Assembly: GCF_006345805.1 (NCBI RefSeq)
Contig: NW_021832226.1
Location: forward strand, 434,001 to 498,000
Reading direction: 5' to 3'
Length of the DNA stretch: 64,000 bases
DNA from: Octopus sinensis
Lineage: Eukaryota
Shown here: one piece after another, positions 52,976 to 64,000 of the stretch
Numbering within the stretch: position 1 is the stretch's first letter
How the letters are laid out: each line of letters starts with the position of its first letter
Notes under the pieces: generated by a model
What the model was told of the DNA's origin: nothing
The model's input: the letters and a program-made list of their open reading frames with translations, nothing else
Databases searched by the model: none
Translations under genes and position numbers: made by a program

Positions 52976-53183
52976 TAAATGAAAACACCTGATGGCATCC
53001 CAACTCTTCTGTATTGCATAGAGTTAGGGCTTTTTAAGAAAGTTTAAAAAAGTGTCATTTAGAGATATAAAAAATGCTTTTACTAATTTTTATCCCCAGG
53101 AAACAAATGAGTTATTTCTATAATTTCGGCCTGGATCATTTTTTGCAAATATGATTTGTCGGTTTGAGGAAACAATAAATCTC

Positions 53184-53380
53184 AAAACCCACTCGGAAGG
53201 CATTGCACACTTCAGCATCCGAGCTGACTCAAATGCTATTAGCAGCTTAGCGGACTTTGTCGGAGAAGGCGGTATCGACCGCTCGCAATGTGGCTTGCAG
53301 GCTTCACATGCCTCGCCACCCAAGCGGACTTGGGAGGTTTGGCCTGCTTTGACTGCTTGCCAGTGGGCCTGCACAGGCTT
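53184..53380 (-). other. GC-rich, self-complementary island; candidate structured ncRNA or decayed retroelement
   Basis: CCCACT/AGTGGG terminal pairing, internal hairpins, TTTT just after the 3' stem on the minus strand. Confidence 0.3.
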
Positions 53381-54149
53381 ATGTTTGTTATTTTCATAGT
53401 TTCATTTTTTCGAAATAACAAGGCTTTTAAACGGAGCCTAAAAATATAATTAGTCGCATTACCAGTGTAGAAGCACCACTCATTGTGACAAAACAAAGTG
53501 AGGTATACAAGCTAACCTTCCAGAAATATTCATTTCTAAAAAATTACTTAAAAATGACATAAAAAGTAAACCTCTATTAAAATAGGACAAAATGGAAAAT
53601 GCTTTATCTTATCCTAGCGAATGTCACAATATTTTATTTAAAATTCCAAAAGAAATAATTTCTCTTATAGAGGTTACTTTCATGAAGAGGAGTTATTTAA
53701 ATTTCAAAATTGGAATTCGGCCTGCATAGGCCTGCTCGTTCTTTTCATAGCTTCGATTTTTTTGCCACTAAAGTCCAGGTATTCAGATTGGTTAGACAGG
53801 TCAAGTATCATTATACAAAATCATTTGCTTATTCCCCAATTTGTTTTAAAAGTATTTTTTATATTAGTACGTGTTTTATACTTAATCTTTGTTTTGTTAA
53901 ATATGCTCTCAAAATATTTGATACATTATTACATGAGTTTTAGTCGCATTGTACAAACAAATACAGAAATCACTTTCAAAATGTAAATTTTATAGGTGTA
54001 GTCGGAAAAGATTTTTGATGTAATGTTGCAACAAGAGCTGGCATATCTCTAATTAACGATTAAAAAAATAATATTTGAAAAGATGACTCAGAAAAGAATA
54101 AAGATTATTCAAATAAACAATTCCTGTTTCTAAATTTATCCCAGTTATT

Positions 54150-55560
54150 TCTCAAAGACATGGCAATTATGAGATTAAAAGTATTCAAGTACGCTTTTTA
54201 ATTCAGATTTGCATTTAATGTTAATCTTTAAGTTTGATTTTGTTCAGAAATGAGATAATATTATTCGTTAATATGCTAATTTCTCATCCAGATAGATTGA
54301 AGTTTTTTAAGTGCAATTGTTGATAATACTTTTCGTCTGGTAATATCTTCGGAATCGCCAAGAAGAGATCCGAGTTTTCGGACGTTTCGCCACTTCTCAT
54401 CTATGCGAGTTGGCATACGTTCGACGGTGGTTATTTCGGTTTTCTCTTCATTGACTTTGAGTGACCATTTATCGAAAATTGTTCTTGCTTTCTCCATGAT
54501 AATTTCTATTAATTTCCAATCCTCCGTAATAAAATCAAGATCATCCGCGTATATGAGTTCCACAACTTGGTTGTCCATATATCCAATTTCTGCTTTTAGG
54601 TCTCTCAGAGCTGCCTTAGGTCTCTCAGACCAAATTTCGACTAAGATGCGCCTACGATATGATGCATTTGTCCAACCTGTGCTCATGTACAACGCAGGTA
54701 CTTGGGGAACATCAAAGAAAAACATGGAGCAACTTGACTCTTTCCACAGGGGTCAACTGAGAAAACTCCTCGGCTATTCGTGGCCGAAGAAAATATCAAA
54801 TGATAAATTATACAAGTTAGCTAATTGTGGGCCTATAAGTCTAAATGTACTTTAAACCCGCTGGCGCCTGTTTGGACATATTTTACGAATGAAGAAAGAA
54901 ACACCTTGCAATATGGCCATGGAAGAATTTTTCGGCCATACTGAATACTCTAAATATAGAGGACGTCCAAGAGACTGTCTTCCGGGAATACTTACGAAGG
55001 AATATGCTATGATCGGAGGCCGATTGATGGATGCAGACGATCTGGACGAAATCGGAAAGAGGGCAAGACGACGGAAGGGATGGAAGGGGCTAACGACAAG
55101 AATAGTTAAAAACATGGCACAAGCAAAACCATAAACTTTGTTTACTGGCAACGCGAACGTGAAATAACTAACTAATATGTTAACATACAGAGCTCCACAC
55201 ATATTCTCTTTTATCAAAACCAAATTACTGATTCCAATAATGCTTATAGCACCCCATAACATGATAGTTCATCTATCGAATTTTACTGTATTTGTCACAT
55301 TCTTTGTTAAATATTTTTCCTTGCGATTTCTCCATAAAAAAGTTCTTCCATCACTATTGTACATATTAAATTTACTTTCATCACTTAAAATAACTTGCTC
55401 CCAAAATATTTTGAGAGCATATTCCATGTTTGGCATAGCGTCAATCATTGAAGTTTACGGTTTTTGGTAAGAAGTAGTCCTATTTCTTCAGATGTTCAAT
55501 GACTAGCCATGTAGAGAGGTTACAAATGTTTGAATTAGAACGAATTTAAAAAAAATAAAT
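54150..55560 (-). mobile_element. Tc1 transposase remnant split by the RTE insertion
   Basis: LSDESKFN and MLWGAISIIG...LYVNIL|TNNIISF read through once 54280-55172 and one TSD are removed. Confidence 0.8.
54280..55172. mobile_element. RTE insertion with 5' inversion and 11-bp TSD
   Basis: Minus segment 54280-54630 (YADD...KLGSLLG...QSIWMR); plus segment about 54632-55172 (PVLMYN...RGRP, TAAC tail). TAATATG(C/T)TAA at 54269-54279 and 55173-55183. Confidence 0.88.
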
Positions 55561-56909
55561 TTATAAGAAAAAACATGTTCAGTTTTTATTTTTGTTCACT
55601 GTATATTGCATTATTTTTAAGTGGTCACTTTTTTTCTGCATTAAGTGTATTTATGCATCAAGTATTTCTCAATAGTGGCCAGATGAGTTTTTTCAGCACT
55701 TCGGCCTGAAGAAACGAAAAGCTTTTTTTGAAAACATTACTTCGGTTTTTTAAATCAGCAAGAAATCCAAAAAGCATGCGTTCACTTAGAAGAGAAATTG
55801 AGCTCAATCACAAACTTTTGCATCCAAAATAAAATTATTTTAGCCTTCTTTTTTAACTGCTCATTTGCTTGCCGTTGTTTCGGCGAATGAAAATCCATAT
55901 TAGCATTTTCTCGGAAACCAATCGAGGTGAAGAGTCTTAATGAATTTAACGACGATGGAGAATTAGTTTTGGTTGACGGAACGTTGAATTCTAAGGAACT
56001 ATTTAAACTTTTTTGCTGTTTGTGAGTTGACAGGATTTGATCGTAGAGCTTTGTGCGAAAGAGAGGGAACTCAAAAGAAATGTCAGGTCTTTGCCTTAAT
56101 GAGCTATAAACTGATACTCTATTTTGTAATAACGGAGATTTTGATTGGAAAATTCATTCTTCCTATATTTAAATCAATAGCTATGACTGATTCTATGAAC
56201 AAAGTTCATGAGAAAATGTGACTGGCAGTTCCTGTTCATGTAAAAATTGTCCAAATGTATATGCGAGTAATAACACGAATAGCATACGAGAGTTTGTTTT
56301 ACATGTGATGGTGAAAAAGCTGATGATATGAAGATGAAATCACGGAAGAGGCCAGTGCTAGGAGCGACTCAAAAACAGCAAAAAATCCCAAATTGACTCG
56401 CAGAGATATTCACTTTGTGCTCGAAGATATTTAGCACTTTGCTTGCACGGAGATAATGTCCTGGGAACGTAGTTTTCCCTGTTAATGCCATAACACTTAT
56501 TCCAACACTTGTAAGGATTTCAAATATCAGAAAAAGTTCTCCCGGACATTACAAAACACCTGAGTACAAATAAATTGTCAAAATCCTTTTCCCCCAAAAT
56601 GATGAGGCTCTCCAAAAAGCTTCCACCTAAAAAACGTCGTGATACGAGCTGGCTTTTCAGCGGATATCGTTCGCGATATTACGTGGAAATTGCCTGTCCA
56701 TCCGCTTGGCGACTCATCTAATTTAGTTAACTTCTGTTTTATTTTGACCTTAATTGAACTTCGGTTTAAAAAAATAAATAAAAAAAACCTAAAAAACTAA
56801 CATATTAAGAATATCCTCAATGCCAATATATCATTATCGACTATGAATCAAAATTAAAGCTGTTATCAAATTTATCAAATTTGATTTTTCCTCAATATGA
56901 ATGAATTAA

Positions 56910-59900
56910 TTTTTTTTATTAAAACGGAAAAGCCGAAAAAAAGAGAAAGAAAGTTAATGAGACAACGTATACCTCTTCTCCGTTGTTTCTCTTTTTTTTT
57001 ATTTCGAGATTAGAGAGGAAAAGATTCTCTCAAGAACACTTCCAACCGTTTCCGTCGCGTCTTCCATCTCTTGAGGGATGTGTTGGTCCAGCTGGAGTCC
57101 ATTTGCCAATTTGATAGCATATTGTCTCGTCTTTTCGAGCTTAGCGATAATGCCATCCCTCTCAGCAGTAGGGTACCATCCCTCGAACCCGTAGGTAAGC
57201 AATGGTTCGACGCACGTTTTATAAACATATAAAAACGTTTCCGGACAAAGGTGGAAGTGAATTATGCTCCTGAGAATTTGAGCGCATTTCCTTCTCCTCG
57301 AGTCGATGTATCTGAAGTAAGAACCCTTGGATCCAACTTCAACCCCAAGGTATTTCAAGTTCTCCGTTACTGTAAACCCATAAAGGTTTCTCGACGGTTT
57401 TCGTTTAGTTCCCTGTTTTGCAATCCAAGTGGCGGTGCACTTTTCTTTTCCAAGCGTCAGTACTTTTGATATGCACCACTCTTCCACTCTTGTCACGTAT
57501 CCTTTTAATTTCCTCCACGAGATGTCTTTTCTCCACGAAGCATCCGTTATTAGTATGTCGTCCGCGTAGATCATGAGACGACTGGTAGGATCTTTCGGTT
57601 TTGGAATATCAGCAACGTAAATATTAAAAAGCAGAGGGCTCAAGACCGAGCCTTAAGGTACCCCTCTTTTGAGATCGACAGATTCCGACAAACGGTTTCC
57701 GCATCGTATGTATGACCTCCTCATTGATAAATAGCTCTTCAGCCAATTGACCGTTCTAGACCCGGGTTTGCTTTTGGCGACACTTTCCAAGAGGTCAAGG
57801 TGCCATACGCTGTCAAAAGCTTTTGAGACATCGAGGCAGATAGCAATAGTCGCTGTATTGTTAGCAAAACGAAGCGAGATGACTTTCTCGAGTTCTCCGA
57901 AACAATCTCCACATGATCTTTTTCGTTGGAATCCCCACTGCTCCGCTGCAAGTGCAGCTGATTCCTCTACGAAGTTCGAAAGTCTTGTGAAGAAAATCCG
58001 TTCCATAATTTTAGAGACGGAGCTTATCGGCCTATAGTTCTCTCCATGGTCCTTTATTTTTCCAGGCTTTGGAATCATACGTACGATTGACTTTTTCCAA
58101 GAGTCCGGTACGTATCCAAGTCTCCAGCTTGCATTGTTTAATGCGGTCAAGTATCGTAGGAGAATAATTGGAGCATGTTTGAATACAGTAATTGGAATGT
58201 AGTCATGGCCGGGTGCATTGTTCTTGCAGCTCATAATTGCGGCATACGTTTCTTCCAACGTTATGTCTCTGCACAGTGGTCCCGTATAACTCAAATTAGC
58301 TCGCAGACTTCTCTGTGCCTCACATATAAATTCTTTCGGAACCATGTCGATCGGATCCACCTCTTGAACTTTTGTCAGTTGACTTCGCAAATGTGAGGGA
58401 ACTTCATCGAGCGGGATAGCTATTCCTTCAGTTGTTTTTAGTTGGATCTCTTCTCCTTTATTCTCCATATTACTTAGTCTGTGGAAAACCTTCCAAAAAT
58501 GAGGGTTTTTCTTATTCAGTTTCGAGCATTGACTCTTCCAAGCAAGGTCTGAATGTTTTTTTGCGACATCATTTATCTCTATTTTCACGGTACGAATCTT
58601 ATCCCGAAGACGAATACGATCTATGGGGTCACTGCATCGTCTTAGCTTCTTTTCAAGGTTTCCTTTCCAATTTATAAGTTTTCCCAAAGATTCGTCTATC
58701 CGGGTTTTTCTGTTAGTATTTGACATGATGTATTTTCTGATTGAAGAATTTCGGAGAAAGTCCAGTATAGCTTCTCTGAGAATTTTATCAAGTTTTTCAA
58801 TTTGTATATTCTAAGAGATGTTTTCTATTGGATACGGTATCAAATGCATTTTCATTGATATCTCGAAGTCAGACCAGATTGTCCGAGACGTATCATATCC
58901 GATGAAAAGATCTTCGCATATCGTAGATGATGTTCGCATACATAAAGATCACTACCAATGTTTATCTCAATTCTTGGTATGCTGCATTGATGAACAAGAT
59001 CACCCGATACGAGGAAAACTCCAATACAATCCTCTCCATAACAAGAGAAATGGTTTGGTTCTCGTGAGGTCAAAACACTAAAGCCGCAGTTCTCCGATAA
59101 TCTGAGGAGTATATGACCGTCCGAATTTGTATTAGCACATCCGTACGATGTGTGTTTTGCGTTAAGGTCTCCTATTAGAATTCCTCTATCATTGTTTTGG
59201 AAAAATTCTTCAATAAGATTTGGATAATTCTTCATTGCTTTGGAGTACATAGCTCCTACAGATATCCATCCAAGGGATGTTAGTAGTTTCAATGTAATCA
59301 GTTCGCACAAATTTTGTTCGACGATTTTTAAGTCCCTCACCATCAGATTGTCTTTATAATATATGGATGTCTCAGTGCCAGCCACTGCGTCAGGTCGCCA
59401 TGGGATATCAATCGACTGAAAACCATGGATTTTGTGATGCTGCTTTCCCTTAAGCTTTGTTTCATTAACAACCAATATGTCCATGTTTACCTATCTAACC
59501 AAGTAGGTTAGCTCCGTAGCCCGTTTCCGAATTGACCGGGCGTTGATAAGCGTAAAAACGCTCATCTCGTCAAGTTTTGGTGACTGTCCTCCATAACGAG
59601 CGCACCAGTTCCAATAAATTTTTAAACGTTTTTTTAGTCGTCGTTTTCGATTTAAGATGGAGATCATCCAGTTTTGCTTTTAAATGTTCAATTGCACTTG
59701 TTTTTTCGTCTGCCACCAGTATGTTGCATGGTGGTTGTCCCGGGATTGATTTAGAAGTGTCCCCGAGTTTTAAAGATGCCATTCCTTTTTTGGGTTGAAT
59801 CATATATTCGGTTGTGTTTACGCCTTGTTCCAACTTTAATTTTTGCGTAGATATAGTGAATGTCGCAGTTTTCGAAGTGTTTGACATGGATTCATAGATA

Positions 59901-60055
59901 TCGTCAATCTGAACTTGAGCGTCCACGAATTTTGTACTTATACTAAAGTTCCATCCTTTCCAGGTATTTTGTACTTTAACTTTTTTTGTTTCCGACAAAG
60001 ATTGGTATTGATGACAGCTGTCAATCTGGGCTCGCTTTCATTCTCGACTCGCGAC
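56910..60055 (-). mobile_element. Near full-length APE-RT LINE (short ORF1 plus disrupted ORF2)
   Basis: ORF1 59998-59570. ORF2 begins LINARSI and contains GDLNAKH, APGHD, YRPIS, LDVSKAFD, RGVP, YADD and YLGV. A-rich 3' end. Confidence 0.88.
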
Positions 60056-60380
60056 ATATTATAACTTAAATCATTATTCGTTCTCTATAAAAGGAAGAAC
60101 GTTGATTCTACATTTTACCATTGGAGACTAATATAATTTTTTGAGAATATTAAAATTTAATACGACTGGGCATTACCCCAATATTCGTATCATTTTAAAA
60201 TTCTCTCAAATATTTAAATCCCTCTGTTACATTATAATGAATTTTGTGAAGGTTCGTCATCGAAAGAAAATAATTTTTTTATATTTAAGATCTCTGAACA
60301 AATCGATTCTTATTGTATATTTTCAAAATCGTTATTTAACTAAATTAACACTAATTTAATTCATATGTATAAATAAAAAT

Positions 60381-60883
60381 CTAATCTTCAAATTTTTGAT
60401 AAAATGAATTGTTTTTTAGTTTAGTCCTCGAAAACTCAATGTCAGAATTTATCATTTTTATTAAATTTTCTAAGCATAAAACAATCAAAAACTACCAATA
60501 GAAGAAAACGATGTCTCATTTCGTATGAATCCAACAATGACTACTTTAACTGTACTTCCATAGAACGAATGTTCAAATTTTGAATCAATGTGTACTTCCT
60601 TGAACGTTAAATTATAAAATTACTATTGATCTCATTGTATTAGAATAAAATGGATTCCATCCGATACTGCAAACCATGATGTTGTAATTACCACCATCTA
60701 CTGAGCAATATCCATAATAAATCCCTCCGGATAGTTCATCTGGGATACTATTGACAGTATCTTGATTTAGATTTGCTATATTTATTATAAGATTTTCTTT
60801 AAACCAGTTGGAATTCCCAATTCTTTAGAACCTCGACCAAATCCATGAACAACTGTACCACTAAACGAATATGGGAAATTCAT
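60381..60883 (-). CDS. RFK: Riboflavin kinase, 3 introns (29, 25, 26 nt)
   Basis: [35 protein letters not shown] and GFIRNE; introns 60776-60804, 60599-60623, 60470-60495. Confidence 0.95.
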
Positions 60884-61029
60884 AACGTGAATTTAATTTA
60901 ATATGAAAAAAACAGTTAAGTTTAAGAAATAACTAAAAACTCGATAATAAAATCCGATTTGAAACTAAAATCAGTTTTTGAAAACAAAATCAGATTCCAG
61001 GTTACGACTTTTTTTTAATTAAATTAATA

Positions 61030-61675
61030 TTATATGGATGGCTATATGAAAACAGACTACATGCATGTTCCGAAAAGTCAGCAGTCACCCTATTCACGAA
61101 AAAACAGAAGATGGGACGAAAACTATTGAGTCACGCTGAATGGAGTCCCATACCACAAAAGAAAACACAGAAGATATTGGGTGTAACGTTTGACACTTTC
61201 CTCTGTTTCTCACCTCATGTTGAATCGATCGTGTCAACTTGTATAAAGAAAATCAATCTTGTGAAAGCCTTTCTTTCGAACTGTGGGAGAACTTGTCCGC
61301 AGGGGTAGAGACCCTTTACAAGCAGTATATCGAGCCAACAATAGGCTATGCATGTGCTGCTGGGCTGTAACCTGGCGGCAACGAACCAACTAAAAATCGA
61401 GAAAATCCAAGAAAAATCCATAAACATACTGAAGGACCATACCGACATGAAAATTGTCCATCGAACACTGGAGTCTCTTGTAGAGGCAAGTGGGAGGGAT
61501 CGTGGAGATGGACCACAAGCATTTACCGTACATACAGAAAGTGTGTGGGGTCACGGTCTGAACATCGTGAAAAGATGGCTAGACTGTTGAGAAGTGTCGG
61601 AATCACCTGAACACGTTAGTTAATGGTTAAGACGGTGATTCTGTTTTTGGCTTAAATAATAATAATAATAATAAT
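61030..61675 (+). mobile_element. 5'-truncated LINE 3' end with (TAA)n tail
   Basis: Inverted near-copy of 21447-22110. Confidence 0.88.
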
Positions 61676-61944
61676 ATTAATCATCCCTACTGAGATTGCA
61701 AAATTTTCCAACAATTTTGACAATGTTAAACAAGGATAATGTAACAGAGGTATCTTTTTAATTGATGTGTTGATTGGTGTGTTTTATTGTAATTTTTGAT
61801 TAGTGTGTTCGTGTATTAAAAACTTCCCCTCGCTCAGCAATAACAAAATAAAAACTAAACAGGAAAGAAGATACTACAAAATCGAAAAAAGACGCATGAT
61901 TTTAGAATGCGAAATTTACACAGAGAGATTCGAACTGATTATTA

Positions 61945-62230
61945 TTATTATTATATTATTTAAAGACCAATACGGGCAAGCCAGTTAATTATAGTTAATC
62001 CGTGATCGCCGATCCAAACGAGGGAGATCCTTCTGAAAGGTTCAATCCTTCCCGCAAGATCGGCCTGAGACGACGGTGTCCCAGGGTCTGAGAAGCTAAG
62101 AATCCTTTTTCGGAAGGCATTAAGTGCCTCCTGAGCGTTGCCATATCCGAAGGAATTTCCAACTGACATGGTGGACCCCGTAACGCCACGCTAAGCCCGG
62201 AAGGTAAGAGATCCCCATTTCCAACTGTGT
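61945..62230 (-). mobile_element. LINE 3' tail with (TAA)n
   Basis: Tail motif related to the 61.6/24.5 kb tails; ATT repeats at about 61937-61960. Confidence 0.65.
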
Positions 62231-62289
62231 ATTTGACATTCTTTTCGTCAAGAATCTAAAAAAATTTCTAAATAACATGTTCAATTTGT

Positions 62290-62420
62290 CAAACAACTTA
62301 ATTATTTAGTATTTAATTAGCAGCAGAGGATAAGATGGAATGGCAATTCCCACGCAAGATGGCTATTGATATGGCTTGGAAAAGCCATGTCCGTTCCCGA
62401 TGATCATTTCTCCTCCTGCT
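62290..62420 (-). mobile_element. CRE-like tail
   Basis: RRRNDHRERTWLFQAISIAILRGNCHSIL. Confidence 0.8.
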
Positions 62421-62499
62421 TGCCAGATCCCCCAGTTTAATAAGGAATATCTAAATTGTATAAGCCTGATCAAATCTATAATCTGAATGAAACTGCAAT

Positions 62500-62570
62500 T
62501 TACAATGCCGTTATCCGGGGGAACAGTTTGGCGATCCGTCAGGCATCTGGCCTTCCCTTCGATTAATCGA
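62500..62570 (+). mobile_element. Very short CRE-like tail
   Basis: AVIRGNSLAIRQASGLPFD*. Confidence 0.7.
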
Positions 62571-62732
62571 TATTAATTGATAAAGCTTAGTTTATTCAAA
62601 AAAAAAATTTACAATGTTATGCCTTTTCCATTTGAACTTGTATAGAATGTTTTTATTATCGCAAATCAAAAAATAACACTTATTAATTTAATAAAAAGTC
62701 ATAATAAAAAACAGAAAATTGAATTAAGCAAG

Positions 62733-63110
62733 CTATGCCTTTTCCTTGTCGGCAATTAGTTTCGTTTTAACACTTTCCTGAAGAGAGAAAACATCGACAC
62801 TATCAGATGGAAGTTGCACATAACGAACTACAGATCCCCTGATGAAGCAATCCTTTATTCCAATCTATAAATTAAATATTCTATAGGAGTAGGACTAAAT
62901 GTGGAAATCTAGAGGGCTCCATGACATCTACGTTAATTAGTTTTATGTTAAGAAATTGATCAACACTTTCTATTGTACCGGATATACTACTCTGTTATGG
63001 TTCTTTTAATACCTTAAATCATTTTTAACCTCAACTGCGACTTGTTTTCCCACGAGTGACTTGAAGAGTTTATAGAATATCTAATTTTATAGCATACACC
63101 ACATAACCAT
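62733..63110 (-). CDS. LSM2: U6 snRNA-associated Sm-like protein LSm2, 3 introns (27, 26, 31 nt)
   Basis: M|IFYKLFKSLVGKQVAVEVKNDLS|ISGTIESVDQFLNIKL...PHL|IGIKDCFIRGSVVRYVQLP. Confidence 0.95.
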
Positions 63111-64000
63111 TATAAACACAAGATTTTATTTTATAATTATTTATAAAATTTAGAGACGTATATATTTAATATTTCAAAAAATAAAGATAAATAATAATCC
63201 GTAAACATATTTTTAGACTTAATGATTTGAGTGATTAAATATTTCAATATTTAAAATTTATTTCAAATTAGAATGAAATCATGTTTGATAAATAAATTCT
63301 AATTACCAGATCTTGTGGACTGATTAAAAATGATTTTTAACGTCTTTCTTATTTATAATAAAAATTATATTCATTAATCTTAAGAATGCTGAGTTTTAAT
63401 TTTTAACTTGTTATTGAGAAAGGTCTCAATCTTAACACTCGGGAGTAACCAAATAGAATTCAAACTACGTCGGGACCACATGATCTGATAAAAATGAAGT
63501 TTATAAGTATTTTCGGCATCCTGTCTATGTTGGATTTTTTTATTTCTCTTTCTCTGTTTAAGATTCTTATTATTGTTATAGATTACGTTGGTTAATCCGT
63601 TTTCGGCTGTTCTATTTTTTTGTTGGACGCTTTATTTTTCAAAAAACGGATTAATAACATGGAATTTGTAATTAAGCATTACACTTTTATATTCAACAAA
63701 GAGAAACTTCAAAAATCTCCTTCCCATCTTCAGTGTACATCTTCTAATGCGTGCAGTCTAGCCCCTTCTGCTGATCTTGATCGGCGAACATTAGAAATGT
63801 TATACTTCAAAGTTCTTTTAATAATAGTTGACTACAGAGATTTTCTACATAAATTGTTTTAGTAATTCTTGTATTCGGTCGCCAATCAGTCCCATTTTTT
63901 CACACAAGGAATGACATAAACTTTGAGGTGATTTGGCCCTAGCTCGCAATCTTCTCTGATGTGTTAATCAAATAAATTAAAATATTTAAATCATAAACTC

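Noticed and set aside
53184-53380. RNase P/MRP RNA
   Set aside because: The AGUCCGC/GCGGACU halves needed for the P4 pseudoknot are not on the same strand, and no CR-V motif was found.
56000-56700. Gypsy RT/RNase H remnant on the minus strand
   Set aside because: Only vague motif resemblance with many stops; cannot be supported by eye.
62290-62420. U3 snoRNA-like boxes (GAGGATAAG, GATGATCATTTC) with terminal pairing
   Set aside because: Box order is wrong, and the minus strand translates as a CRE C-terminus (AISIAILRGNC).

Overview
AT-rich eukaryotic (metazoan) genomic window, not prokaryotic. Compact host genes carry ultra-short GT-AG introns, mostly 24-38 nt. Recognisable genes: a tetraspanin, PCCB, a CBF-beta/Brother homologue, two RING-H2 paralogues, CFAP74, a papilin-like ADAMTSL/Kunitz gene, RFK, LSM2 and possibly DCTN3. 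There is also a divergent U1 snRNA gene at about 28613-28755. The genes sit among dense, mostly decayed transposons: R4/Dong-like, RTE, CRE-like and Jockey/I-like non-LTR elements, pogo/Tigger, Tc1/IS630, hAT and Helitron remnants, MITEs and minisatellites. A ciliary axoneme gene, animal-specific genes and tiny introns together suggest a highly reduced ciliated animal such as a dicyemid or orthonectid (inference). The strongest second-look items are the remodelled U1 snRNA, a twin-primed (5'-inverted) RTE insertion with an 11-bp TSD, a swarm of about 10 CRE tails, the intron-hidden CBF-beta gene, and a repeat family carrying TTAGGG-like arrays. All analysis was by eye. Host exon and intron coordinates were counted by hand; most TE boundaries are approximate (tens of bp). 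Family names come from recalled motifs, not database searches.
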